A stretch of 63,907 bases of DNA, filler included, from Candidatus Woesearchaeota archaeon (GCA_047603125.1; 6 parts of 6 records of this genome joined end to end with filler, not necessarily neighbours in it), one strand, 5' to 3'; shown: positions 20,056 through 30,101, counted from the first letter of the whole stretch. Made by a program: numbers and translations. The notes: a model not told the origin generated them from the letters alone.

Positions 20056-20832
20056 ATGAAATGGGTTCATATATCCCGACCAAGATTTTGGTTGATGACG
20101 GCTATTCCGTACAGTGTTGGTGTCGTTGCTGGTGACGGGTCTATTTTGAGTTTGTATGTGCTGTTACACATCTTATTATTTTTAATTCCGGTAAATATTT
20201 TCACTTACGCGCTTAACGATTATTTTGATAAGGAAACAGATTGGCATAATCCTGTAAAGCGAGATTCTTTACATGCGGATGCGCAGCTTATAGGGTGGTC
20301 TTCTTTATTTTGTGCACTAGGGTTGTTTTTGCAAACATCTTTTGCAAGCTTGCTTTTGTACGTGCTCTTTTTTTTAATTCTTATAGCCTATAATGTTTCA
20401 CCCATACGATTAAAGTCAGTTCCTTACTTAGATGTACTTTGCTCTTTTCGTTTTGTACTTCCGGGGATATTGGGGTATTTTCATGTTAGTAGCTCTTTTC
20501 CTTCATTTTTAGTTATTTTTAGCGCAACTCTTTGGTTTTGTTCGATGTATTTACTCTTTTCCTTACGAGATATAAAACCAGATACAAAAGCAGGTGTGTA
20601 CACGAGTGCGGTGTTATTTGGATACACACATACACTGGTGATTACGTGTTTTCTTTTATTTATTGCAGGTGTGGCCGCGTTTTTTATTCTCCCTATATTA
20701 AGCTTGTTTTTTTTATTTTATTTACTTGCAAGCTTATTATTATTGTTCTTTCAAGAATATCGTTCGTATTTTCAATACCTCGGATATGTGAATAATATTC
20801 TTGCATTTATTGTGTTAATCATGCTTTTTTAA
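20056..20832 (+). CDS. UbiA-family prenyltransferase (CrtEb/LyeJ-like)
   Basis: SRPRFW, NDYFDKETD..NP, DIKPDTKAG; many TM helices. Confidence 0.8.
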   Translation: MKWVHISRPRFWLMTAIPYSVGVVAGDGSILSLYVLLHILLFLIPVNIFTYALNDYFDKETDWHNPVKRDSLHADAQLIGWSSLFCALGLFLQTSFASLLLYVLFFLILIAYNVSPIRLKSVPYLDVLCSFRFVLPGILGYFHVSSSFPSFLVIFSATLWFCSMYLLFSLRDIKPDTKAGVYTSAVLFGYTHTLVITCFLLFIAGVAAFFILPILSLFFLFYLLASLLLLFFQEYRSYFQYLGYVNNILAFIVLIMLF

Positions 20833-22159
20833 ACAGTGCAAGCGCTTTATTTTTTTGTTCATAATGATCTACAATCGGTTCGGGGTAATTAGTAAGGGGT
20901 ATTTTTTGGTGCTGGTGGATTTGTTTTGGATTGTAATTTTGTAGTTCAGGTAGCCATTTTTTTATGTATGTACATTCAGGGTCAAATTTTTCTTGCTGAA
21001 GCCAGGGATTGAATATACGAAAATAGGGTTGCGCATCACAACCTGTTGAAGCTGCCCATTGCCAAGAACCATTATTTACACAAGGGTCATAGTCGATGAG
21101 TGTTTGTGCAAAATACTTTTCACCCCAACGCCAATCAATTAACAAATCTTTTGTCAGAAAGGATGCCACAATCATTCGTGCACGATTATGCATATACCCT
21201 GTTTGATTGAGTTGATTCATTGCAGCATCAATGATGGGAAAGCCCGTTTTTCCTGCACACCATTTTTCAAAATAATTTTTGTTGTTCTCCCAAGAAATAT
21301 CAGTATATTTTTTTTGAAAAGCGTGTTGAAAAACATGGGGGAAGTGAAAAGCGATGTGGTAAAAAAAGTCCCTCCAAAATAATTGACGAATGAGTGGTTC
21401 ATTTCCCTGACACGCTTGGAGTGTTTCTCTCACAGAGATTGTTCCAAATTTGTGGTATGCACTCAAGTATGTTGTTCCTTGTTTATCGAGTGCATCTCTG
21501 TCTTGTTTATAATTTGATAATTCTTTGATAAATTGTAATTGTTTTTTTGCATGCGTTCTTCCGCCTTTTATTGCAAGTTTTTTTGGTTCTGGGAGTATTT
21601 GGGAGAAGAGTTTCTCTTTTTCTTGACTTTCAATAGTACTAAATGGGATTTTTTGGTTTGGGTGAGGGTATTTAATCTGGAGTGTACTTGCATATTTGTA
21701 AAATGGTGTAAAAACAGTATATGGCGTTCTATCTTGTTTGAGTATTGTTCCTGGTGGATGGAGGAGTGTGTCATCATAGGAGTGAAATGCGACATTTTCT
21801 TTTTGACAAAGGGCATGTATGTCGTGTTCTCTTTTCTGGCTAAAGGGTGTGTAATCTTTATTGATGTAAATTGCGTTAATAGTGTGCTTACGAATAAGCT
21901 CTTGAAGAATTGTTGTTGGTTCGCCGTAAAAAAAATGTAGCTTGCTTTTGTGTTTTTGTAACTGTTCATCAAGATCGTTGAGTGATTCGAGCATGAATTG
22001 CACTACATGCGATCCAAAGTAGGGATTGTTTTTTTGCTCAATTTGCTTGGGATTGAAGATGAATATGGGTATTACTTGCTGTGCTTGAATGGAATTGAGT
22101 GCAGTGTTGTCGACGAGGCGAAGGTCTCTTGTGAACATCATAATTGCTTTTTTGTACAT
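20819..22159 (-). CDS. phrB: Class I CPD DNA photolyase
   Basis: RDLRLVDN, TGFPIIDAAM, GYMHNRARM, NNGSWQW, YFRIFNP. Confidence 0.93.
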   Translation of the reverse strand: MYKKAIMMFTRDLRLVDNTALNSIQAQQVIPIFIFNPKQIEQKNNPYFGSHVVQFMLESLNDLDEQLQKHKSKLHFFYGEPTTILQELIRKHTINAIYINKDYTPFSQKREHDIHALCQKENVAFHSYDDTLLHPPGTILKQDRTPYTVFTPFYKYASTLQIKYPHPNQKIPFSTIESQEKEKLFSQILPEPKKLAIKGGRTHAKKQLQFIKELSNYKQDRDALDKQGTTYLSAYHKFGTISVRETLQACQGNEPLIRQLFWRDFFYHIAFHFPHVFQHAFQKKYTDISWENNKNYFEKWCAGKTGFPIIDAAMNQLNQTGYMHNRARMIVASFLTKDLLIDWRWGEKYFAQTLIDYDPCVNNGSWQWAASTGCDAQPYFRIFNPWLQQEKFDPECTYIKKWLPELQNYNPKQIHQHQKIPLTNYPEPIVDHYEQKNKALALFKKA

Positions 22160-22214
22160 AGTTGTGTTTTTTTGTTCATTCTTTAAAAATCCTGTGAAAA
22201 ACACTTGTACAAAG

Positions 22215-22230
22215 ATGCTGTGTCGGATAA
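22215..22230. mobile_element. Putative IS terminal repeat
   Basis: ATGCTGTGTCGGATAA, identical to 55236-55251. Confidence 0.55.
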
Positions 22231-22233
22231 TTA

Positions 22234-22482
22234 TTAACTGATTTTTTCCACTTTGTAGAATTGAGCAGCGATTTTGAATTCTCTACACAGATTTTTCACT
22301 TGTGTAATTTTGACTTCGTCAAAAATGACGCACGACCTAATTGGTTTCTCATATTTCTGTAAAATTCCAATTGTTTTTTTGTCGAATTTTCCGCTATTAC
22401 CTTGAACTCTGTAAGGAAACAATTTTCTATTAAAGCTGATTCGTGTTGAAGCATCACCCTTCGGGATGTGGTATATCATCAA
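22234..22482 (-). CDS. Small hypothetical protein, probably IS cargo
   Basis: 82-aa ORF lying between the putative IS end and the contig end. Confidence 0.6.
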   Translation of the reverse strand: MMIYHIPKGDASTRISFNRKLFPYRVQGNSGKFDKKTIGILQKYEKPIRSCVIFDEVKITQVKNLCREFKIAAQFYKVEKIS

Positions 22483-22491
22483 AATTTGTGC

Positions 22492-22591
22492 NNNNNNNNN
22501 NNNNNNNNNNNNNNNNNNNNNNNNNNNNNNNNNNNTTAATTAATTAANNNNNNNNNNNNNNNNNNNNNNNNNNNNNNNNNNNNNNNNNNNN
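22492..22591. other. Artificial contig linker
   Basis: N44-TTAATTAATTAA-N44. Confidence 0.98.
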
Positions 22592-22592
22592 T

Positions 22593-22940
22593 GATGTAAA
22601 ACTCAAGTATTACCATCTTCTTGGTGTACTGACAGCCATTGCACTTGTCCTCCAACCCTTTTTTGCAGCTATAACAATTCCACTTATTCTCATCCTCTAC
22701 GGCTTTGGGATGCTCAGTCTTGGTGCACTTGTTCATTTTCTTGAGCGAAATTTTCAAAAACAAACACTCATCCTCCCCCTGTTCTATCTTGCTCTCGTAG
22801 GACTCTATATTACCATTACTCTCTTATTCACAAAAATGGAGATTCCCCTCCCACATGAATTTACTTTCTTGATTCAAATAATCTTCTCCAGTGCAATGAT
22901 TGTTTATTGCTTGTATATGTTGTTTCTCTTTCGGCGTTAA
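22593..22940 (+). CDS. 3' fragment of membrane protein
   Basis: Hydrophobic frame open from the contig start. Confidence 0.6.
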   Translation, partial: DVKLKYYHLLGVLTAIALVLQPFFAAITIPLILILYGFGMLSLGALVHFLERNFQKQTLILPLFYLALVGLYITITLLFTKMEIPLPHEFTFLIQIIFSSAMIVYCLYMLFLFRR

Positions 22941-23062
22941 GTCTCGTCGAGAAAAAACAAAAAAGCGAAAAGTTTATAAATCATAAAGCCGTTAGTTTTA
23001 AAAATTAGTCGTTTGGGGGAACGTCTACACAGCCCAAAGTTTTGGGTTTACAGGGGTAAACT

Positions 23063-23992
23063 ATGGCAGCATATATACGAAAATGTCCTGAGTGTGGCAG
23101 TATTAATTTATTCACAAATCCCGATAAGGGAGAAGTCATCTGTCGCGATTGTGGGCTTGTAATTGAAGATAAAATGGTCGATTTCTCGCAGGAATGGCGA
23201 GAATTTGATGGTGATGAAGCAATGAAGCGTCGAACTGGCGCTCCAATGACATACACACAATACGACCAAGGATTAGGAACAGAAGTCGGACAAAAATCAG
23301 ATCTCTATGGTCTTGGAACAAAATCTCGAAATAAATTTTTCCGTTTACGAAAATGGCAATATCGAATCTCTACAGCGATTGAGCGAAATCTCAAATTGGC
23401 ATTGGCAGAACTCAAACGAGTCTCCTCATACCTCAAATTGCCAAAATCTGTTGAAGAAGAGAGCGCCAGAATTTACACACTTGCAGTCCAACGCGGACTC
23501 GTGCGAGGAAGAAGCATGGAGTCCGTGGTCGCAGGTGCACTCTACGCAGCATGTCGACGTCACGAAGTACCTCGAACACTTGATGAATTAAGTGAGGCAA
23601 GTGGCATTGATAAAAAAGAAATTGGGCGAACATACCGTTTTGTTACACGGGAACTGGGTATCAAAATCCTTCCTAGCAATCCTGCAGACTATATTGCTCG
23701 TTTTTCAACATCACTCAAGCTGTCACCTGAAACACAGTCAAAAGCAGTGGAAATCCTTGAAAAGGCACAAAAATGTGAACTCACATCCGGACGAGGGCCG
23801 ACAGGAATTGCTGCAGCCTCACTCTATGTTTCTGCACTTCTTCATGGCGAGAAGCGAACACAGCGTGAAGTTGCTGATATTGCAGGCGTAACAGAAGTGA
23901 CTATTCGAAACCGATATAAGGAGCTTCTCGACGAGCTCAAACTCGATAAAGAAATCAAAAAACTTCGTAAAAAAGAAGCTCTTGAAGCCTAG
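23063..23992 (+). CDS. tfb: Transcription initiation factor IIB
   Basis: CPECG..CRDCG ribbon, EWREF B-reader, two cyclin repeats, TEVTIRNRY. Confidence 0.97.
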   Translation: MAAYIRKCPECGSINLFTNPDKGEVICRDCGLVIEDKMVDFSQEWREFDGDEAMKRRTGAPMTYTQYDQGLGTEVGQKSDLYGLGTKSRNKFFRLRKWQYRISTAIERNLKLALAELKRVSSYLKLPKSVEEESARIYTLAVQRGLVRGRSMESVVAGALYAACRRHEVPRTLDELSEASGIDKKEIGRTYRFVTRELGIKILPSNPADYIARFSTSLKLSPETQSKAVEILEKAQKCELTSGRGPTGIAAASLYVSALLHGEKRTQREVADIAGVTEVTIRNRYKELLDELKLDKEIKKLRKKEALEA

Positions 23993-24081
23993 ACTTACGA
24001 AATACATATAAACTCATACCTAGTCGCACAAATGCAGCTTTTTTTATGAGACTTCGGTCTCTTTTTCTTTTTTCTCACAAC

Positions 24082-25206
24082 TTAGACTCGTCGACAAATC
24101 GCAAGAAATTCTGTATTTGCCAGAGTTTGCTTATACGCCTCAAGATGTTCGCGCGTGATTGTTTCACAAAGCCCTTGACGCTTACAATATTGAATGAATT
24201 GCGTCACATTCTTCGGTCGAGAGCGCAGCACACAACGCTCAAAATCTATTAGTGTAATTGACAAGCCATTAATGAGAATATGTTTATAGGGGTTTGTTAA
24301 TTCTTTTTTTTCTATACCTGCAAGATCCAATGCATGGAGTTGGCGGAGCACTTTCAAACACAGAACTCGTTTTTGACTCATCGTGGCATTCTCAAACACT
24401 TCTTTTATCGTTTTTCCTCGTACATACTCCATAACCACCCCCGTTTGAAAAGTTGCAAGCATTTTTGGACCAATACCAAGTGCATTGACACGAGAAAGAA
24501 AGTGGGCTTCTTTGACAATGGAGTGCGCATGGGAGAATTTACAAGCAACGTCCCTACCTTTAAACACACCCTTCCAAACCATTCCATGCTTTCCTTTTGC
24601 TAAATAAGTAATGTCTGTCACGCCAAGGGACTGCAATTGGGAATACTGAGGATATCGCCAAATTTTATAGACAAATAAGGTTTCAAACATTCCTATATAT
24701 TCTTGTTTTACAATACTAAATGCAAAACACTTTTCGGTCAGTTCTTTTTCAACCATTTGCGGCTTTGTCAAATTTGAAATCAACAAATACAACACCCCGT
24801 TTTCTGACAGATAGTGTTGCGCTTGCAAAATAACTTGAAACACATATTCATACCCTTTTTTTCCTCCAACAAGTGCACGTGTGAGCGCATCATCGGGGTC
24901 AAGTCGATGCGCAGGTAAATAGGGAGGATTGCACACAATTACATCAAAACGAGTAGTTGTATCTATATCTGAAAAAATATCAGATTTGTACACTCGTGCG
25001 GTTGGATTCTCTTTTTGTGTGTGCGAGAGAGCCGCTTCATTGCAATCAACGGCATGCACGTCGGCATTTGGATATGTTTCTATAAGCGCCTTTGTTAAAA
25101 TACCACTCCCGCAGCCAAGATCTACTGCAGTTTGCACATCTTTTAGGGAATGCTCACGAATGACTGAATCCAATAAATACGAATCCTTTTGGGGCTGATA
25201 AAACAT
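24082..25206 (-). CDS. HemK2/PrmC-like methyltransferase fused to an archaeal Ser/Thr kinase domain
   Basis: YQP..DSYLL, DLGCGSG, NPPY; then KGKHGMVW, VACK, GIGPK, VMEYV, IDFER. Confidence 0.85.
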   Translation of the reverse strand: MFYQPQKDSYLLDSVIREHSLKDVQTAVDLGCGSGILTKALIETYPNADVHAVDCNEAALSHTQKENPTARVYKSDIFSDIDTTTRFDVIVCNPPYLPAHRLDPDDALTRALVGGKKGYEYVFQVILQAQHYLSENGVLYLLISNLTKPQMVEKELTEKCFAFSIVKQEYIGMFETLFVYKIWRYPQYSQLQSLGVTDITYLAKGKHGMVWKGVFKGRDVACKFSHAHSIVKEAHFLSRVNALGIGPKMLATFQTGVVMEYVRGKTIKEVFENATMSQKRVLCLKVLRQLHALDLAGIEKKELTNPYKHILINGLSITLIDFERCVLRSRPKNVTQFIQYCKRQGLCETITREHLEAYKQTLANTEFLAICRRV

Positions 25207-25258
25207 AGATACAAAAAAAAGCCAAGCATTTAAATACTCTGCGCTCATTACCAATTCT

Positions 25259-26803
25259 ATGTTAGACAAACTAGAATTTCCAACAGACTCAAAAACAGAA
25301 ACGCAACGTGTGCATGAGCGCTATCAAAAAGCACAAGCGCTTCGTGAGAAGGGAATTAATCCATACCCATACTCTTTTGCTCCAACACATACAGCAAAAC
25401 AAATTGGGGAAATCACACTCAAACCAGAACAAAAAAGTGGAACAATAGTCACGCTTGCTGGAAGAATCATGACACTGCGAAGAATGGGAAAAGCAGCATT
25501 CTCACATATTCAAGATCAGACAGGAAAAGTGCAATTTTATATTCGAAAAGATGATGTAGGAGAAAACATCTTTGACATATTCACACATTGTGAACTTGGA
25601 GACATTGTCGGTATTACTGGAGAAGTCTTTGCAACAAAAACAGGTGAAATTTCAGTCTATGTACAAGAATTAACACTACTCACAAAAGCATTGCGGGATT
25701 TGCCTGATAAATTTCATGGACTCAAAGATACAGAACTTCGATACAGGCAACGATATGTAGATTTACTTACAAATACTTCTGTTCGAGATGTATTTATCAA
25801 ACGAAGTAAAATCATACAAGCCATTCGAGAGTTTATGGATCAAAAAGGTTTTATTGAAGTGGAAACACCCCTTCTTCAAACACAATACGGTGGTGCGGCC
25901 GCTCGACCATTTAGCACGCATATTAACGCATGGGATATGCAAATGTATCTGTCCATATCGCCAGAGCTGTACTTGAAACGTTTGCTTGTTGGTGGGTTTG
26001 AAAAAGTATATACTATTTGTAAGAATTTTCGAAACGAAGGTGTTGACCACTCACATAATCCAGAATTTACCATGCTTGAAGCGTATGCAGCGTATTGGGA
26101 TTATACGGACATGAGTAAACTTACTGAAGAACTCTATGAGTATGTTGCAAAAAAAGTGCTTCAGACAACCAAAGTTACGGTATATGTTCGGGAAAAAGGC
26201 CAAACAAAACAAGTAGAAATTGACCTTAAAGCACCCTGGCAAAAAAAGACACTTGCCCAAGCACTCAAAGATCAGACAGGGATTGATATTTTACCTATGA
26301 ATTTGGAGCAAATCCAAGAAGCGTGCAAAAAAAATGCAATTGAACCGATGCCTACATGGGGTGGATGCGCATTAGAATTATTTGATGAACTCGTAGAGCA
26401 CACAATTGTCTCGCCAACACATGTTATAGATAGACCACGAGAAGCAACGCCACTTTGTAAAGAGCATAGAGACGATGCCCGACTCATTGAACAAAATGAA
26501 CCAATTGCTGCCGGAATGGAACTTGCAAATATGTATTCAGAACTCAATGAACCCGTCACGCAACGATTCTTACTTCAAGAACAAGCACAACAACTTCGCG
26601 GGGGCGATGATGAAGCGCACCCAATGGATGATGATTTTGCAAAGGCAGTTGAGTATGGTATGCCACCTGCAGGCGGTTTAGGAATTGGTATTGATAGACT
26701 CGTTATGCTCTTACTTGGTCAAGCAGCGCTTCGCGATGTGATTTTATTTCCAACTGTCAAACCAGTAATAAAAGAAGAAGAAAAAGAGAAAAAAACTAAC
26801 TAA
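25259..26803 (+). CDS. lysS: Lysyl-tRNA synthetase, class II
   Basis: OB-fold, RYRQRYVDL, GGAAARPF, FRNEG..HNPEFT, YGMPPAGGLGIGIDR. Confidence 0.96.
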   Translation: MLDKLEFPTDSKTETQRVHERYQKAQALREKGINPYPYSFAPTHTAKQIGEITLKPEQKSGTIVTLAGRIMTLRRMGKAAFSHIQDQTGKVQFYIRKDDVGENIFDIFTHCELGDIVGITGEVFATKTGEISVYVQELTLLTKALRDLPDKFHGLKDTELRYRQRYVDLLTNTSVRDVFIKRSKIIQAIREFMDQKGFIEVETPLLQTQYGGAAARPFSTHINAWDMQMYLSISPELYLKRLLVGGFEKVYTICKNFRNEGVDHSHNPEFTMLEAYAAYWDYTDMSKLTEELYEYVAKKVLQTTKVTVYVREKGQTKQVEIDLKAPWQKKTLAQALKDQTGIDILPMNLEQIQEACKKNAIEPMPTWGGCALELFDELVEHTIVSPTHVIDRPREATPLCKEHRDDARLIEQNEPIAAGMELANMYSELNEPVTQRFLLQEQAQQLRGGDDEAHPMDDDFAKAVEYGMPPAGGLGIGIDRLVMLLLGQAALRDVILFPTVKPVIKEEEKEKKTN

Positions 26804-27248
26804 ACCAGGAACCGATGCGAATTGCCCATCGCGTTACTGTTCTTTTTACATTTTTTCTTAAAGACTCACCCTCGACTTGAATTCTTCCTTGGGATAAAGC
26901 TGCATTAAATTCACGCAATGGTCGCTGCGATTCTTGAATTTGAACAATTGTTTGAACAGAATCAAGGTGAACTGAAAATGTCTGATCTTCAATGAGTGTA
27001 CAATTTGCAGACTGAATTACATTATCTTCAATAATAATATGACCAACAGGATCGCCATCTAGTTGATACACTAAAAAGCGTTCATTTTTGTAGGAGCTCA
27101 AAAACGATGGAAGCTCCATGCCCTGCTCAATTGCAACAGTCTCTAAAATCTGCTCACAAAAAGATAATTGATCAGCCTCATTTGTTTGTGCCAAAGCCAC
27201 ACTCATGCCCATAAGGAGAGCCATTGTAATAATAAGTATCCGTTTCAT
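26796..27248 (-). CDS. Secreted hypothetical protein
   Basis: Signal peptide MKRILIITMALLMGMSVALA. Confidence 0.7.
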   Translation of the reverse strand: MKRILIITMALLMGMSVALAQTNEADQLSFCEQILETVAIEQGMELPSFLSSYKNERFLVYQLDGDPVGHIIIEDNVIQSANCTLIEDQTFSVHLDSVQTIVQIQESQRPLREFNAALSQGRIQVEGESLRKNVKRTVTRWAIRIGSWFS

Positions 27249-27256
27249 AAAGGTTC

Positions 27257-28996
27257 TTAGTCGCGAGTATTTAAGAATTTAACCATGAAGGGACCTTCTC
27301 GCTCATATCCAATTTTTCGATAATATTCACGTACACCCACACCACTAATTACTACAACTTTTTTTTTATTATGCTCTTGACAAATCTCTTCTGCCTTTTG
27401 CATGAGTTGTTTTCCAAATCCACGGTGTTGTACTTTTTCACTATCTTGATCACCAATTTTTACGGCAACGCCATACACATGAAGTTCACGAATTAATCCA
27501 GTATGTTCATCAATGCTTGGGTGTAATGAACGAGGGGCAAAACGTAAACGACAAAAACCAAACAAACGATCATTTGCTTCCATGCTGATAAAAAATTCAT
27601 CTGCTCCATTTGCACGAAACGAGCGAACCACTATTGTTGGTTGATCATAAACATGGTCTCTCATAATCTCTCGTGCACGAATATCACGACTCACGATGGA
27701 TCGTTCTTTTGCAAGTTTATCAACATATTGGCGTAAGTTCGTTCTATCAACACCCGCTGTTGTTGAAAATGTGGGAATGTCACGCTGCACACGCATAATC
27801 CGACAATACTCCGGTACATAGCGATAAATTTCAACAATGATGTCTGCTGCTTCTTGTGTTGTTAATGGTTTAAACACACCGTCCTTCCATGTTTTTTCAA
27901 GTGGTGTTCCTGGCATTACCATGCACGGATAAATTTTAATCATGTCTGGACGATAATTTTCATCTTCAAAAATAGCACGCATGGCATAAATATCTCGTTC
28001 TCGTTCTATGCGTACTCCGTTTGTTTTAGGAAGTCCGGGCATGAGATGAAAATTTAATTTAAAGCATAAATCTTTGAGCTCACTCACGCTTTGGTGTGTT
28101 TGCTCAATTGTGTGGCCACGATTAACTGATTGAAGTATATCATCATAAATTGTTTGCACTCCTAACTCAACTCTGGTTGCACCCAGTCGTAAAAATTCTA
28201 AGCCATGTTCTTGTAAACCCCAGTCAGGCTTTGTCTCAATTGTCAATCCTATACAGCGAATGGGCGTCGTTTCATTTTTTACTTGTTCTTGTTCAAGTGT
28301 TGTTGTTGCGTTTTGTTCTTTTACAGAAAGTATTTTTTCTTTAATTCGTTGCTGTCTATCCGTATCTTTTATACTTCCCGGCAATTCAAAAAATTCCTTG
28401 AAAAATTCTAATCGCAATAACCCTTTTTCATCAAAAAATAATCGAGAAAAATCATTGTATGCTTTAAATGAATAATACACATAGTGCTCTTGGTATTCTT
28501 GAGAAAAAGAGGGAAATGTACCTCCCTGAATAATTTGCTCACACTTATCTGGATGTTGCCCGAGTAAAATAAATTGCTGTAAACGATTGAAGATAATTCT
28601 GTATGGATCATATTCATTTCTTTTTGCACGCATTGTTGATGGCTCTGTTCCTGTATAACTCATCGGCGTGTCTCCATAGGGAGAACCTAGACCACCCGGG
28701 CAAAATGTACAAGCACCATGCGGGCAGAGTGAGGGCATACTCATCGTTGCAATAACTGCGACTCCTGAACTTGTTCGTCCTGGTTTTGTTTGCAAATATG
28801 GTTTGAGTTCAATTGCTTGTTGTTCAGGTGCACGAATGTAGATTTCAATATCAGTTGGGACACGTTTGACTGCATATTGATGACAGAGTTTAATTTTTTG
28901 TTCATGAAGTTGGCGTTTTGTCGGTTTTGCTTGCAGTATCCATGAACAGATATGTGAAAAATACGCCTCTTCTAATTGTTGTTTTGATTGATTCAT
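27257..28996 (-). CDS. elp3: Elp3 tRNA U34 acetyltransferase (radical SAM plus GNAT)
   Basis: CPHGACTFCPGG, SYTG.EP, ELGVQ, RVQRDIP, RELHVYG, QHRGFG. Confidence 0.95.
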   Translation of the reverse strand: MNQSKQQLEEAYFSHICSWILQAKPTKRQLHEQKIKLCHQYAVKRVPTDIEIYIRAPEQQAIELKPYLQTKPGRTSSGVAVIATMSMPSLCPHGACTFCPGGLGSPYGDTPMSYTGTEPSTMRAKRNEYDPYRIIFNRLQQFILLGQHPDKCEQIIQGGTFPSFSQEYQEHYVYYSFKAYNDFSRLFFDEKGLLRLEFFKEFFELPGSIKDTDRQQRIKEKILSVKEQNATTTLEQEQVKNETTPIRCIGLTIETKPDWGLQEHGLEFLRLGATRVELGVQTIYDDILQSVNRGHTIEQTHQSVSELKDLCFKLNFHLMPGLPKTNGVRIERERDIYAMRAIFEDENYRPDMIKIYPCMVMPGTPLEKTWKDGVFKPLTTQEAADIIVEIYRYVPEYCRIMRVQRDIPTFSTTAGVDRTNLRQYVDKLAKERSIVSRDIRAREIMRDHVYDQPTIVVRSFRANGADEFFISMEANDRLFGFCRLRFAPRSLHPSIDEHTGLIRELHVYGVAVKIGDQDSEKVQHRGFGKQLMQKAEEICQEHNKKKVVVISGVGVREYYRKIGYEREGPFMVKFLNTRD

Positions 28997-29739
28997 CGTG
29001 TTTGATGCAGCTGTGACAAATGTTTAATGGGGTCCCACGCTTCACGAATATTAATTAACGCGGTTGGTATTGTTGTAATATCATCCGTTCCTATCCGAGG
29101 ACATGCAGTGTTGACCCAGCAATCAATGAATGGATAATTTTCAAGTAGAGATATTTGAATATCATCATCAACAAAAATATATGCACGCTTGCCTTGCTCT
29201 TTTAATTGTTGTGCGAGTCGTTTTGCATTTTTCAAATATTGCTGTCCTGGTTTAACCGTTACTAAAATACCTACGGACTTTGCACTCACAAAGCGTGTTA
29301 AATTTGCTTTTGTTTTGAGTATTTGCTTTTTAATATCTGCAACACTAATAATTTCCATTTTTTGCAGTACGGGATTCCATAAAATCACATCTTTAATGTC
29401 TTTTTTGTAAATTTGCGAAAGCAATAATGCCTTTGGATGAAAATATCCATCTCCTACATACAGTACACAATCACACTCACTAATAATATCGTCTTCAAAT
29501 GAATCATGATAGGCATCACATCCTAAAATCTGCCCCTGTGTGTGGGTTCGTTTTGCTTTTGTTGTTTTATATGTGATTTTCAGATTGTCTAGCTGTTCTT
29601 TGACAATGTCTAATTTCATGAATTGAACTGATGCAAAAAGGGCAACTGTTTTGACTTGTTGTTTTTCTAAATACGACAACACATCATCACTGAGTTTAAT
29701 TTCGTGTATGTAGGGAGCTTCAATACAGAGCGTTTGCAT
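28993..29739 (-). CDS. dph2: Diphthamide synthesis Dph2, C-terminal part
   Basis: GQILGCD, GDGYFHP, KPGQ, NTACPRI. Confidence 0.88.
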   Translation of the reverse strand: MQTLCIEAPYIHEIKLSDDVLSYLEKQQVKTVALFASVQFMKLDIVKEQLDNLKITYKTTKAKRTHTQGQILGCDAYHDSFEDDIISECDCVLYVGDGYFHPKALLLSQIYKKDIKDVILWNPVLQKMEIISVADIKKQILKTKANLTRFVSAKSVGILVTVKPGQQYLKNAKRLAQQLKEQGKRAYIFVDDDIQISLLENYPFIDCWVNTACPRIGTDDITTIPTALINIREAWDPIKHLSQLHQTR

Positions 29740-29741
29740 AC

Positions 29742-30008
29742 TTACCAATCCTCCGGTGTTTTATGATACCGATTATGTCCATACGAGACCATTAAATCAA
29801 TTCCTAGCGGCCCTAATCCCAGTGGGTAATCGCATTGCCCAAAACAGCTGGAAAACCAGATAAATACTTGTGCATTTGTTTGTGCTTCAAGGACATCAAC
29901 AATCTGATTTGCAAACTGTTTCATGCCATCGGGCAGCTGAACAAGGACTTGTTTTGCCTGACGCTCATTAATTTGGTCAATGACTTCTTGCATTTGTGGA
30001 TCAAACAT
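29742..30008 (-). CDS. dph2: Diphthamide synthesis Dph2, stand-alone N-terminal domain
   Basis: VQLPDGMK, CFGQCD, YGH. Confidence 0.85.
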   Translation of the reverse strand: MFDPQMQEVIDQINERQAKQVLVQLPDGMKQFANQIVDVLEAQTNAQVFIWFSSCFGQCDYPLGLGPLGIDLMVSYGHNRYHKTPEDW

Positions 30009-30101
30009 AGTAAGTGTGATTTTTGCACTGTTTTTAAAGGTTCTGTATGATTGGGCTTTGTGTGAAAATGAACGCCATCATTATGAACAATCACATAAAC
30101 A

